NCBI GenBank assembly: GCA_043811915.1
Contig: JBDRMS010000001.1
Coordinates: forward strand, 14,499-78,498
Direction of reading: 5' to 3'
Length of the DNA: 64,000 nt
Origin: a bacterium
GTDB taxonomy: Bacteria; Patescibacteriota; Andersenbacteria; UBA10190
The translations under genes were made by a program, and so were the position numbers. This document shows positions 9,590 through 18,741 of this stretch, piece by piece; the stretch's first letter is position 1, and each line of letters opens with the position of its first letter. A model generated the notes under the pieces. The model worked only from the letters and a program-made list of their open reading frames with translations, was not told the origin of the DNA and ran no database searches.

Positions 9590-9613
9590 GTATTCAAAAG
9601 TATATCACTTCTT

Positions 9614-9778
9614 TTATTTTTTGCCTTTTTCGGCGTGCGCCTGGTGCTGGCGACACTTTTTGCAAAACTTTTTTAATTCCAATTTATGGCCGTCCTGGCG
9701 CCTTAAGTTGCGGCTGGTGTGGTAGTTGAACGACTTGCATTTGGTGCACTGAAGGCGAATCAAAGTATCTTGGCTCAT
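9614..9778 (-). CDS. rpmG: 50S ribosomal protein L33
   Basis: 54 aa MSQDTLIRLQCTKCKSFNYHTSRNLRRQDGHKLELKKFCKKCRQHQAHAEKGKK with two CxxC pairs; below ORF-track length cutoff. Confidence 0.85.
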   Translation of the reverse strand: MSQDTLIRLQCTKCKSFNYHTSRNLRRQDGHKLELKKFCKKCRQHQAHAEKGKK

Positions 9779-9820
9779 ATGGCTGTGAATATACGTTACG
9801 GGAGCGTTTTTGTCCAGAAA

Positions 9821-11287
9821 TTAATATTCTTCCTTGAGAATCCACTGTTCCAGTTTTTCTTCCCATTCATAGAGGCGCAGGGGTTTGGGTTCGGCCAGTC
9901 CCCCACCCTGGGTTTTTACCCATTCACCGGAAACTTCTTCAAAGTAAGCAGCGACAGACCACTCGGGATGAATGGCGTCTTTGACGGTAAGCAAGAGGCG
10001 CTTGCTAGTGCCGGTGCCGTCGCGATAGTCAACATACACAGTATTGGGTTTATCAGTGATGGTGAGACGTTTTTGTTGAACATTGGTTTGATGAACTATG
10101 TCGGATAATTTTTTCTCAATAAAGGCGGCTAACTGGTCATCGTCCAGTACTTGCATAAGGCCGGCGACACTGCCTGACTGATCGGCCTCCGCTTCAACAT
10201 GCACCAGGTGAGTCCGTTGACCAAAATCTGACACCTCATAATTCAGGTCAGCTATGTTGCCTCGTTCGATATTGAGAGCGAAGAGGCGGGTAGAGGTTTG
10301 TCTTAATTGGCTGGCAAAGATAGCAAAATTGTTTTGGTTATCGGTGTGGATTGATAAAAGCTTACCGGAATGTCGGGCGATTTGTTGCTGGGTTGATCCG
10401 TCAAACAGCCAAAAGGTAAAGTCCTGGCTTCCTTGAGTGACAAAAAGCAACTTGTTGTCATCCAGCCATTGCAAGTACGGCAAGCCGCCACGGACGACGA
10501 GGGTGAGGGGCGGCCGATCCTGGGAAGTGATAACCAGTTTGCTGCGGCCAAGAAAAGTGGGTTCGGTCAGGGCTAGTGATTGGCCGGTTAGGCTGATGTC
10601 CATAACGCCATGGTCGGCGATATCTTTTAATTTATCCCAGTCAAGCTCGCTGAAACGAAGAGCAATACCGGGAGGCTGGGTTGATATAACATTTAGTTTT
10701 CTATCATCGCCGACAAACCAAAGATGGCTGGATGCTTTATTCCAGCGAATCCTGGTGGCGATGCCGTTTTGAACCAGTTTTTCGGCCAACAGTTTTGTGC
10801 CACTCTGTTCGGCATCATAAACCCAAAGTTCAGTCAGTCGTTCCTCGGGCTGGTCAATATTATCCAACCAATAGGCAACCTTATTGTTATCGGGGCTGAT
10901 GATGAGATCCCGGAAAGCAATGAGCGGCGTCTTGTCTGCGATAACCTGGGACTGCCCGCTATTTATCCAGGTGCGATATAGGCTATCCTCGATGTAGTGA
11001 TACCAGGATTGACCATCGGTGACGGCGTTAGTCTTGTCGGAGGGAGGCGGAGTCAGGTTTTGACAATGTTGCTGATGACAGGAAACGAGACGGCGATCCG
11101 TGGCTTGCGTCTGAAGTAATACCACGTCAAAAGCCGGGGTAGCTTGTTGTGCAATGGGTTGGATTGTTGTTTCCGGTTGATTGTCAGGATTATTGGATTT
11201 AATACGGCGAGCAACAACAAAAAGTCCGGCAACTAATGTAACGAGAAGAACGCCCAAGAAAAGCGAGCGGCCGAGGCTGGAATTCAT
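9821..11287 (-). CDS. Membrane-anchored protein with beta-propeller-like (TolB/WD40-like) repeats
   Basis: Start taken at ATG 11287 or 11302 (ORF-track start 11389 overlaps tRNA-Thr); N-terminal TM LFLGVLLVTLVAGLFVV then large extracytoplasmic domain. Confidence 0.5.
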   Translation of the reverse strand: MNSSLGRSLFLGVLLVTLVAGLFVVARRIKSNNPDNQPETTIQPIAQQATPAFDVVLLQTQATDRRLVSCHQQHCQNLTPPPSDKTNAVTDGQSWYHYIEDSLYRTWINSGQSQVIADKTPLIAFRDLIISPDNNKVAYWLDNIDQPEERLTELWVYDAEQSGTKLLAEKLVQNGIATRIRWNKASSHLWFVGDDRKLNVISTQPPGIALRFSELDWDKLKDIADHGVMDISLTGQSLALTEPTFLGRSKLVITSQDRPPLTLVVRGGLPYLQWLDDNKLLFVTQGSQDFTFWLFDGSTQQQIARHSGKLLSIHTDNQNNFAIFASQLRQTSTRLFALNIERGNIADLNYEVSDFGQRTHLVHVEAEADQSGSVAGLMQVLDDDQLAAFIEKKLSDIVHQTNVQQKRLTITDKPNTVYVDYRDGTGTSKRLLLTVKDAIHPEWSVAAYFEEVSGEWVKTQGGGLAEPKPLRLYEWEEKLEQWILKEEY

Positions 11288-11308
11288 ACTTTCATTATAC
11301 ATTTGAGC

Positions 11309-11383
11309 TGGAGCCGACGGGGAGGATTGAACTCCCGACCTAATCCTTACCATGGATTCGCTCTGCCACTGAGCTACGTCGGC
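11309..11383 (-). tRNA. tRNA-Thr (anticodon GGT), CCA encoded
   Basis: Acceptor GCCGACG/CGTCGGC, anticodon loop ATGGTAA, T-loop TTCAATC, 3' CCA. Confidence 0.85.
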
Positions 11384-11399
11384 TGGCAATGGTGATAAA

Positions 11400-12539
11400 T
11401 TAACTTTTTGTTAGGAGATTGTCGAGCTCGGATTTTTTAGCAGCGACGTCTGGTTGAGCAAAATGGTCGCGAGCGGGCTTGAGAAGTTGGATTAATTCTT
11501 TGGCTGCGGCGGATTTGAGATCCATGGGATGGATGTCGCCGGCGGCGTAGGCCTGTTCAAGTTCCTGATATGAAGTAAATTCTGCTCCCCCGCCGTGTTC
11601 GGGCTTGCGCTCGATACAGAATGGCTTTTGCCTGTCCCAGAAAAGAATATGGCCTATCCAGTTGAGGATGGGATTAAATTTAATTTCTTTTTCCGGACAG
11701 AAAGCCTTGTTGATTTTGTGTTGAATTTCTTCTTTGGAATCGTGAACCCAAATAGCGGAATTGGGTTTCGACTTGCTCATTTTCATTTCCATAATGGCAT
11801 CACGCTGGTCTGTTCCTTCTGGAACGGGCCAGGTGACTGGCTTTTGCAAGCCTGTAAGGAGAGGATGATGTAGAGCTATTGGCTTGTCCTTATTGGTTAT
11901 TTTGTCACCAAAGAAAGTCTGTATGTTATCAGAGACATCTCTCATTATTACATGGGCCTTTCTTTGATCCATACCAGCATGCACAATATCAATATTTTGG
12001 TAAAAAATATCAGCTACCTGCATGGCAGGGTAGGATAATTTTGCCAAATCAATCTTTTCATCTTCTTTACGTCCCATGATTGTGATACTGCGTTTCATTC
12101 GTCCTAAGGTGACATTTTGACTTATTTTTACTACTAGGTCGCGATAGTACAACGTGTCTTTAGCATACCAGTCAGTGGCCAGGCGAAATTCCACCTGGTT
12201 AGGGTCAAGGCCAACGCATAGCATACTAGCCCTCATCGCCTCGGTAAAATAGCCTTTGCCTATTCTGGCGGCAGTTTCCCTTGTGCCATCAAGTTTATCG
12301 TTTATGGCCGTGTGCCAGTCGGCCAGCCAGACGGTACATTTGACGCCAAGATCAGTTAAGTCCTTCATCACCAGGGCGCTCATAATCCCCTGCCCCAGAT
12401 GAACATAACCGGAGATTTCGAAGCCGATGTAATGAGTTAGGATATCACTGGATGCAAGGCGCTGGCGAAATTCATCTTCGGTGATTATTTCGGCGCTATT
12501 TTTGACAAGGCGCTCAATAATTTTTTCCCGATCGGACAT
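11400..12539 (-). CDS. tyrS: Tyrosyl-tRNA synthetase, archaeal/eukaryotic type
   Basis: 379 aa from ATG 12539; HIGH-like THYIGFEISGYVHLGQG, KMSKS, YPAMQVADIFY, HPMDLKSAAAKELIQLLKPAR closely parallel M. jannaschii TyrRS (recalled). Confidence 0.85.
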   Translation of the reverse strand: MSDREKIIERLVKNSAEIITEDEFRQRLASSDILTHYIGFEISGYVHLGQGIMSALVMKDLTDLGVKCTVWLADWHTAINDKLDGTRETAARIGKGYFTEAMRASMLCVGLDPNQVEFRLATDWYAKDTLYYRDLVVKISQNVTLGRMKRSITIMGRKEDEKIDLAKLSYPAMQVADIFYQNIDIVHAGMDQRKAHVIMRDVSDNIQTFFGDKITNKDKPIALHHPLLTGLQKPVTWPVPEGTDQRDAIMEMKMSKSKPNSAIWVHDSKEEIQHKINKAFCPEKEIKFNPILNWIGHILFWDRQKPFCIERKPEHGGGAEFTSYQELEQAYAAGDIHPMDLKSAAAKELIQLLKPARDHFAQPDVAAKKSELDNLLTKS

Positions 12540-12603
12540 GTATGTAATATATTGGTTTATGGCAAGAAATAAAAATGCCCACTTGGAGTGGGCGGGAGAA
12601 GTT

Positions 12604-13035
12604 CTATGCGAGATCAAGATCAAACTGTACCTGACCCCAATCCTCTTCTGCGTCCGAGCCACGCACTCCGATGGGTACAACCAGAATTTCCTGGGGTGTG
12701 ACATTGGCAGCTTCAGCGGCGCTTAAGCGTACTAGTCTGTTGTTGTCGCCGATGGAAATGATTTTCCTTCGATAAACGGCTACATAGTGTCCACTCAAAC
12801 GTATAAACTCCTCGCTTTGCTGGGTCAAGTGACTGTGCAGCCAGGAAAGATCATCCTTTTTCCTTTCCTTGATTTGTTCATCTGGCGGTATAATTTCCAG
12901 GGCTGGTATCGAAGCGGCAGATGTCTTTTGCGGAGAGACAGTGATGTTGATCCGCAGACCAGATTCTTCGGCCAGGGCGATGAGAGCGGCACACAGCTTG
13001 ACCACCTTTTCAGTAGAGGATTTCTTTTTAGCCAC
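12604..13035 (-). CDS. Hypothetical protein with C-terminal DUF5678-like small domain
   Basis: GTG start with AAGGAG SD; C-terminal HYVAVYRRKIISIGDNNRL...EILVVPIG pattern. Confidence 0.4.
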   Translation of the reverse strand: MAKKKSSTEKVVKLCAALIALAEESGLRINITVSPQKTSAASIPALEIIPPDEQIKERKKDDLSWLHSHLTQQSEEFIRLSGHYVAVYRRKIISIGDNNRLVRLSAAEAANVTPQEILVVPIGVRGSDAEEDWGQVQFDLDLA

Positions 13036-13181
13036 GTCAATCTCCTTGAGTTAGGCAAGTTTGGGTATGGTAAATGAACAGTGAAACTGGAAGCGATACT
13101 AGCGTAGAAACCTGTTTTTGTCTAGTCGTTGCTTTTTCGGTATGCTTGTTGTATGGTGCTTTTTTGATAGACCATTGATAA

Positions 13182-13253
13182 GCCAGCTTAGCTCAGTGGC
13201 AGAGCAGGACTTTTGTAAAGTTCAGGCCGTCGGTTCGAATCCGACAGCTGGCT
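13182..13253 (+). tRNA. tRNA-Thr (anticodon TGT)
   Basis: Acceptor GCCAGCT/AGCTGGC, D-loop AGTGGCA, anticodon loop TTTGTAA, T-loop TTCGAAT. Confidence 0.85.
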
Positions 13254-13373
13254 CTGGAAGCAAATATATCCAGCGGTGGCCCCACGTCGCTAAAGCTATG
13301 CGGGGCAATTGCATTGGATTGATCTGAAGGCTAGTTTGTTCTTTCGTAGTTAAGATGCTAATCATTGTTTTTA

Positions 13374-13446
13374 CCAGCGGTGGCAGAACGGCTTATGCAA
13401 CGGTCTGTAAAACCGTACCAAGTAGGTTCAACTCCTACCCGCTGGA
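13374..13446 (+). tRNA. tRNA-Tyr (anticodon GTA), archaeal-like: C1:G72, 5-nt variable loop, A73
   Basis: Acceptor CCAGCGG/CCGCTGG, anticodon stem ACGGT/ACCGT with loop CTGTAAA, variable ACCAA, T-arm GTAGG-TTCAACT-CCTAC. Confidence 0.8.
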
Positions 13447-14943
13447 CCTAGATATTATTGCAGCTTCTACTTTTTCGCGTTTGGCTGAAACAGACGTAAA
13501 TATTTGCATGAGGAGGGAAATTTGGTGGTTCGACAAAGACTTGCCATCATATTCTATACCCGCAGGATAGAGAAAGTGTTCGAACCGCACCTTTTTACTT
13601 ACGTCTTTTAAATCTTCCCAACTTCTAAGAGGATTTTTTAGAGCTTCAAATGCGATTGTCACTATTTGCTCGAAGTCGTCTTGCTCTGACTGATGTTCGG
13701 ATTGTAATAACTCTAAAGCTTTAATCTTGCCTTTCAACTCTTTTACTTGAGCTATAAAGTCTTCATCAGTATACAAGTGCGGGTTTCGGCGTTTCTCTGT
13801 AAGTAAGTTAGCTTTTTCCTGCTGCAGATTGTCCAGCTCTCGACTCACGACCTTTTGGTCTTTACGATAGTCTTTCAGCCTCTCTTGCCAGCGCTCCAAT
13901 AGAATTTCTTTCATAATCGGGAACATGGATAGTTTTGGCTTAAGCTCTTTTAGCTTTCCTTTGAAGTCTGTTTCCATGTTGTCCTTCTTTGTGTTTTTAG
14001 CTAAAGGACATTTCGACGGATAACGATGGTGATAGTAGGGATGTCTTTCTCCGTTGCGGCTACGGGGGGAGGAAGCGGTTAGACGTTCACCGCAGAGTGA
14101 GCAATGGATTAAGCCGCGCAAAGGAAATAAGGGGTTAATAATGCTCCGGGTTGGCGAACTGTGAGCATTCTGCTCATTAATTGCCTGGCACCTATACCAT
14201 AAATCTTTGTTTACCAGTGGCTTGTGGTTGCCCCATATTTCCATGCCATAGGACTTCATTAAGCCCATGTAAAAAGAATTTTTGATGACGTGGTGGACAT
14301 TTTGCTCTCTGAGCTTACGTCCTTGTCTACTACGGTAGCCTCGACTGTTCATCCCATTAGCAATACGTTTGAAAGTCCAGCCATCAGCTCGTTTCTCAAA
14401 AGCCCATTTGATTATCGGAGACATCTCATTCAGAACCGCCCGGCTTCGCTTGTCTCTGCCCCGTACCATGTCATAGCCAGGTGGCGGGGTAGATACCCAA
14501 TATCCCTCACTGAATCGTGCCACCAGCCCATTACGGCACCGCTCACCGCGAATTAAGTTGTCGTATTCGGCAAACGCTCCTAACATGTTTCGCTGTAATT
14601 TACCGGCCGGAGTATCGTCCACATTCTCTGTGGCGGAACGCAGGCCAACTCCCGCCTCCTGAAGCGTCCTGATAGCGAAAAGCTGGTTCTCAAGGTTGCG
14701 GGATAGTCGGTCCACCTTGTAGACAACAATAGCCTTTATCTTGCTGTCCCCGACATATTCTAGGAGCTTTTGAAACTCCGGACGGTTTAGTGTCTTGGCT
14801 GACACCCCTTCCTCTCGAAACACTTTGGCTACGGTAAACCCTTCACGCCCAGCGTATTCCCGGCACTGTTTCTCTTGGGTGTCTAAGGATGTTCCATCTA
14901 CTTGTGACTGATCTGATACCCGGACATAAATAACACATTTCAT
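13435..14943 (-). CDS. Large serine recombinase (resolvase/invertase N-terminal domain + recombinase domain + zinc ribbon + coiled coil)
   Basis: VIYVRVSDQSQ...DGTSLDTQ catalytic-Ser N-terminus, VVYKVDRLSRN, CxxC zinc-ribbon (HCSLCGERL), C-terminal coiled-coil; 3' 12 nt overlap tRNA-Tyr. Confidence 0.85.
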   Translation of the reverse strand: MKCVIYVRVSDQSQVDGTSLDTQEKQCREYAGREGFTVAKVFREEGVSAKTLNRPEFQKLLEYVGDSKIKAIVVYKVDRLSRNLENQLFAIRTLQEAGVGLRSATENVDDTPAGKLQRNMLGAFAEYDNLIRGERCRNGLVARFSEGYWVSTPPPGYDMVRGRDKRSRAVLNEMSPIIKWAFEKRADGWTFKRIANGMNSRGYRSRQGRKLREQNVHHVIKNSFYMGLMKSYGMEIWGNHKPLVNKDLWYRCQAINEQNAHSSPTRSIINPLFPLRGLIHCSLCGERLTASSPRSRNGERHPYYHHRYPSKCPLAKNTKKDNMETDFKGKLKELKPKLSMFPIMKEILLERWQERLKDYRKDQKVVSRELDNLQQEKANLLTEKRRNPHLYTDEDFIAQVKELKGKIKALELLQSEHQSEQDDFEQIVTIAFEALKNPLRSWEDLKDVSKKVRFEHFLYPAGIEYDGKSLSNHQISLLMQIFTSVSAKREKVEAAIISRSSG

Positions 14944-14965
14944 ATTTTTATTATACTTTAATTTA

Positions 14966-16369
14966 CTAATGCGTCCTCACGTTCATCTTTTCCTCAGTTT
15001 GGCCAGTTTGGCCAGTTTTGAGGTCATGAACTGGTGTAACTGAGGAAACTGAGTCTTGGCTAAGTGTGTTATCTACCCCATATTGGACCGACAAACGCTT
15101 CACTTGTTTTGCATTCCAGGGAATAGCCGCAGAGCCATCTGATGTTTTCCAGTGAGCTGTAGCTTTTTCTCTAAGCCCTAGTGCAGTCAACATTGAGCCT
15201 ATTCTCTTGGGCGAATAGTGGTATTTTTCAGGGGTGCCATCGTTCATCTCCTCTGTAATTCTTTTCAACGATAACACACCATCAAATACTTCATTTTCTA
15301 GATGCAATAAAACTGCGACCAGTTTACCGGCTAGTGTTTCGGATCGGCGATACACTGCATCTTTCTCTAATGAGGAAATATATTCTAATGCCTTGACGTG
15401 TGACTCAGGCTTCATGGAAATGATTATTTGCATAAGAGGTCGCATAATATCACCTAATCGACGTTTAGTGGGTTTAGGTATATCTGGTAGTGGTGTATCC
15501 ATATTGGCTGCACGATAAGCTACTAGTCGCTCACGCATTGGTAGTCCATGCTCAGGTCGCACGTCGTCTTCAAATTCCCGCTCTGTATCCTGCATAATCA
15601 CAGTGACACATCTAGTGTCTAACACTTCATCAAGTTCTGTATTAGTAGCAATGACCGTCGGTCCAAATACTTGATAATACTTTGTGTCTTTAAAATCCCC
15701 ACGCTCAGGATTTAATACTCTCGGAACCTTGCCGCCTTTCTCAAAACGGTTCAAAAATAAATCAGTACAACCATTTTTTTCTACCACATCCAGGAATTTA
15801 CTTATATCAAAGAACAAACTTGCACTACATAGCTCAGCCATACGGAATATAAATGGCTCCCGGATGCTGACAATGTGCACTCCCCGATAAGCAGCGTAAA
15901 TCATGCCTTTGCCAGTTCTTGATTTTCCTCGCTCAGGCACAGCATAAAAAGCCATCTCTGGAGAATATTCAAATTCTTCTTGCCTATATGTGTGAATTGT
16001 CCATGCGGCAATTAGCAGATAAAGTGAATCAGGCAAGTCAGAAATATTGCGATGATACTCAACTACATCATCAAAAAGCTGCTCGTTAGTTTTTACTCCC
16101 AACTCTAGAAATTTACTGTATTCCTTTAGGACCTCCTCGTAGCGGGGTAGTTTCCATGGTAACTGGTCTATAGAAGGCGGATAGTGAATATTGTCACCAG
16201 CCCGATGGCTTTTTCTAACAATCAAATCCTGACCACTCTTAAGTAGGTAGTGTGGTTGATTTTTGTACTCGACAATATCTACTAGACCAGGAAGTACAGC
16301 CTTATATGACTTTTTATTTTGGCTAGAATGTTCTTTATCAACTAGCACTGCCTCTATGTCTTTATCCAT
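14966..16369 (-). CDS. P-loop NTPase, phage/plasmid replication-associated (primase-helicase/VapE-like), putative
   Basis: 467 aa; Walker A-like AVPERGKS; GGAGGA SD; translationally coupled to the upstream gene (8-nt overlap). Confidence 0.45.
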   Translation of the reverse strand: MDKDIEAVLVDKEHSSQNKKSYKAVLPGLVDIVEYKNQPHYLLKSGQDLIVRKSHRAGDNIHYPPSIDQLPWKLPRYEEVLKEYSKFLELGVKTNEQLFDDVVEYHRNISDLPDSLYLLIAAWTIHTYRQEEFEYSPEMAFYAVPERGKSRTGKGMIYAAYRGVHIVSIREPFIFRMAELCSASLFFDISKFLDVVEKNGCTDLFLNRFEKGGKVPRVLNPERGDFKDTKYYQVFGPTVIATNTELDEVLDTRCVTVIMQDTEREFEDDVRPEHGLPMRERLVAYRAANMDTPLPDIPKPTKRRLGDIMRPLMQIIISMKPESHVKALEYISSLEKDAVYRRSETLAGKLVAVLLHLENEVFDGVLSLKRITEEMNDGTPEKYHYSPKRIGSMLTALGLREKATAHWKTSDGSAAIPWNAKQVKRLSVQYGVDNTLSQDSVSSVTPVHDLKTGQTGQTEEKMNVRTH

Positions 16370-16835
16370 ATATTTCCTCCAATTTTCTTATTAGTCTTTT
16401 GCACCTATAGCGCTTGTATTTCTCAGCTTCCAACATCCGCTCATATAAGCCCCTACCAAAGCCGGATAAGTGCTTTGACTTAGTTAGAATTTTTTGAGTA
16501 TTGCTTGACCACTTCTTTGATAGCCAGTAGTCATTTGCAATGTGTTTTTGGGCTGCCTGAATCAGTGCCCTAGGCATTGCGTCAGGAGCTGGCCAACAGA
16601 CACGGGCTTTGTAGTCTTTGGTAATTCCTACAGTGATATCCGGGTGTATTTGCATAGCGATTGACACAGCACTCCAGTTGTTAGTTTTCTCGCAGCGTTT
16701 CTCAATAAGACCGGTTATGTACCTACACATACAACGATAATTGTCTTGTTTGTGTTTGGTTGCCCTGGTATTATTGTTTGTATAAGAGTGATTCCTAGTC
16801 GGGGTCACTTTTTTTGTTATTGAACTATTGCTCAT
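16362..16835 (-). CDS. Hypothetical basic, Cys-containing protein
   Basis: 157 aa, Lys/Arg-rich, CMCRY...C; overlaps downstream gene by 8 nt. Confidence 0.35.
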   Translation of the reverse strand: MSNSSITKKVTPTRNHSYTNNNTRATKHKQDNYRCMCRYITGLIEKRCEKTNNWSAVSIAMQIHPDITVGITKDYKARVCWPAPDAMPRALIQAAQKHIANDYWLSKKWSSNTQKILTKSKHLSGFGRGLYERMLEAEKYKRYRCKRLIRKLEEIYG

Positions 16836-16980
16836 GTGGTGTTTTCTCTCTTTCTTTCCAAGTAGATATCAATTACCAAATCAGCCAACTCATAGCACTG
16901 ACTAAGTAGGCTCGACAAGTCTTGGTCACTTATTTGTTGCTCCTCGCTGGGAAGCATAGCCCGGGCTTTTTCCAGAGTTA

Positions 16981-17235
16981 TCATAGACCCCGCTCTCTCA
17001 AACGGCTAAAAACTATGTCCTTGCATGTCCTTATGGCATCGCTGAAGTCCTTCGCGTTTACAATTGCTCTGCGAGTGTAGTAATCATTAGCAAGTGCCTT
17101 GCATGGGATGGCTTGGAATATAAAAACCACATCATGCCCATCCTTTTCAGTACCAAGAAAAGACTCGCTGTGCTTGGAATACAAAAAACTAGACTCGTAG
17201 AGATCCCTAGTTTTGTGGGTAGTAGTAATTTCCAT
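16981..17235 (-). CDS. Hypothetical protein
   Basis: 84-aa ORF in same orientation as neighbours; no recognisable motif. Confidence 0.3.
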   Translation of the reverse strand: MEITTTHKTRDLYESSFLYSKHSESFLGTEKDGHDVVFIFQAIPCKALANDYYTRRAIVNAKDFSDAIRTCKDIVFSRLRERGL

Positions 17236-17313
17236 ACCAAAAGTATCCTTAAGTTAAGGATTGCTTGATTATGCCTAGCTGTGAACGACACTAACTGATT
17301 TTACTTAGTGTTC

Positions 17314-18024
17314 CTATGACCGTTTGTGTTTTTTACGTGTACGATTGCGAATTTTTGAAACAATATCTGGATCGCACGCTTCTTGTGGGAATTCTTCTCT
17401 GGCAACTCGTGCAATTTCCTCATTAGTCACTTCTGGGTTCTCTCGGTCTATTTTTAATATATATGCGTTACGTTTAGCTCGAGGACTCTTCCTTGTCTTT
17501 TTCCAGTGCTTTGGTGGCATGAATCGTTGCCAGCCCATTATCAGCTTAAGATGTACTGAAATACAGTCTTTAATCTCATTACTTGAGGCGTCAGCTGCGA
17601 CTTGGATTTGGATCGGGAAGTTTTCGAGGTGAGATTTTAAACGATAATCATCGTCTTTCATATGTTGCGCGGCGATTTCATTTGCATATTCCATATAAGG
17701 AAATTCAACAATACACGCATCAAATATTGAATAATCCTTAACGTGACCATCCTGTATGAATTGAATTACTGGGCCATTAATCGGTAGTCCGTGCTCTTTA
17801 GCAAGTTCATAGATAATCTTCTCAATCTTATTGGTTATGCCCTTTTGTTCGATTATGAGTTTTTTAATGCCATTGACCCTGTCTATAAAGTCTGGATCGT
17901 TCATTAATTCCTCAAAATAGAGGCGTAGGTGTTCTTTCCTTTTTGATTCTCGAAAAACTGATTCCATAATCTCAATCTCAATAATCTTTACTTTACTATC
18001 ACCCCCTATTCGGGTGGTATGCAA
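17314..18024 (-). CDS. Hypothetical protein with basic C-terminal HTH-like region
   Basis: 236 aa; C-terminus KRNAYILKIDRENPEVTNEEIARVAREEF...KIRNRTRKKHKRS. Confidence 0.35.
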   Translation of the reverse strand: MHTTRIGGDSKVKIIEIEIMESVFRESKRKEHLRLYFEELMNDPDFIDRVNGIKKLIIEQKGITNKIEKIIYELAKEHGLPINGPVIQFIQDGHVKDYSIFDACIVEFPYMEYANEIAAQHMKDDDYRLKSHLENFPIQIQVAADASSNEIKDCISVHLKLIMGWQRFMPPKHWKKTRKSPRAKRNAYILKIDRENPEVTNEEIARVAREEFPQEACDPDIVSKIRNRTRKKHKRS

Positions 18025-18112
18025 ATAAATTGGACAAATTAGCTTTAATGGGGTACAACGTAGGCATAATTCACTAGCCTAAACTACGCCTTGGCGCAGC
18101 ATGGCATTAAAT

Positions 18113-18153
18113 CCTCAAGGATACTGAACCCATCGTTCAGCACTTCCTTGAGG
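18113..18153. repeat. Nested inverted repeat (outer CCTCAAGGA/TCCTTGAGG, inner CTGAAC-ccatc-GTTCAG)
   Basis: Perfect 9-bp outer stem and 6-bp inner stem read directly in the non-coding gap 18025-18248. Confidence 0.5.
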
Positions 18154-18248
18154 TCATATAGGGAAACCTATGTGGGTAATCGAAAGATTATCGCTGGCGG
18201 TGGGCTTTGTGTTTGCTGGCAGCCCGTAACTACCTTAATGCTCTAACT

Positions 18249-18725
18249 ATGATGATTTATAAGAATTTAATAAAAATAAGTTCAAGCATATTGTTGTCTC
18301 TTATTTTCATCGTTGCCTTAACGTTTGTGGCTGACGCAGGTCAAGGTTGTTGCTCTTGGCATGGCGGGCAGAGCTACTGTGATACATCGTCGGGCCGATG
18401 GGTATGCAATGATGGCACCTATAGTCCTAGTTGTATGTGCGCTGTTCCAAGACCAGTACCGCAGCCAATTGCTCAAGAAGCCTGTTCACCCTATTTATTT
18501 TGTCCCCCAAACTATCCATATACTTTACTGAATGGCGGAATGATATATAACTACCAAGTTCCGTATGTAGTTGAGTTTGTCTTTAACGATGTTTACGGAC
18601 ATAAACCAAACCAGGGAGAAAGTGCTTATTGGAAGCGTAGGTTGCGTACAGATAAAAGTACTGTCAGTGCCTTATTAAATACGATGCGCTACTGGAAAAG
18701 CAAAAAAAATTCACCGGTGTTATAA
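18249..18725 (+). CDS. Secreted Cys-rich protein with C-terminal DVYGHK...YWK.R.RTDK module
   Basis: ATG 18249 (ORF-track start is a TTG); signal peptide MMIYKNLIKISSSILLSLIFIVALTFVADA; about 9 Cys; C-terminal module shared with next gene. Confidence 0.5.
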   Translation: MMIYKNLIKISSSILLSLIFIVALTFVADAGQGCCSWHGGQSYCDTSSGRWVCNDGTYSPSCMCAVPRPVPQPIAQEACSPYLFCPPNYPYTLLNGGMIYNYQVPYVVEFVFNDVYGHKPNQGESAYWKRRLRTDKSTVSALLNTMRYWKSKKNSPVL

Positions 18726-18741
18726 TCTAATATAAATTGCT

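Noticed and set aside
13118-13570. ORFs 13118..13327 (+) and 13355..13570 (+)
   Set aside because: Each spans a well-formed tRNA gene (Thr-TGT, Tyr-GTA); products implausible.
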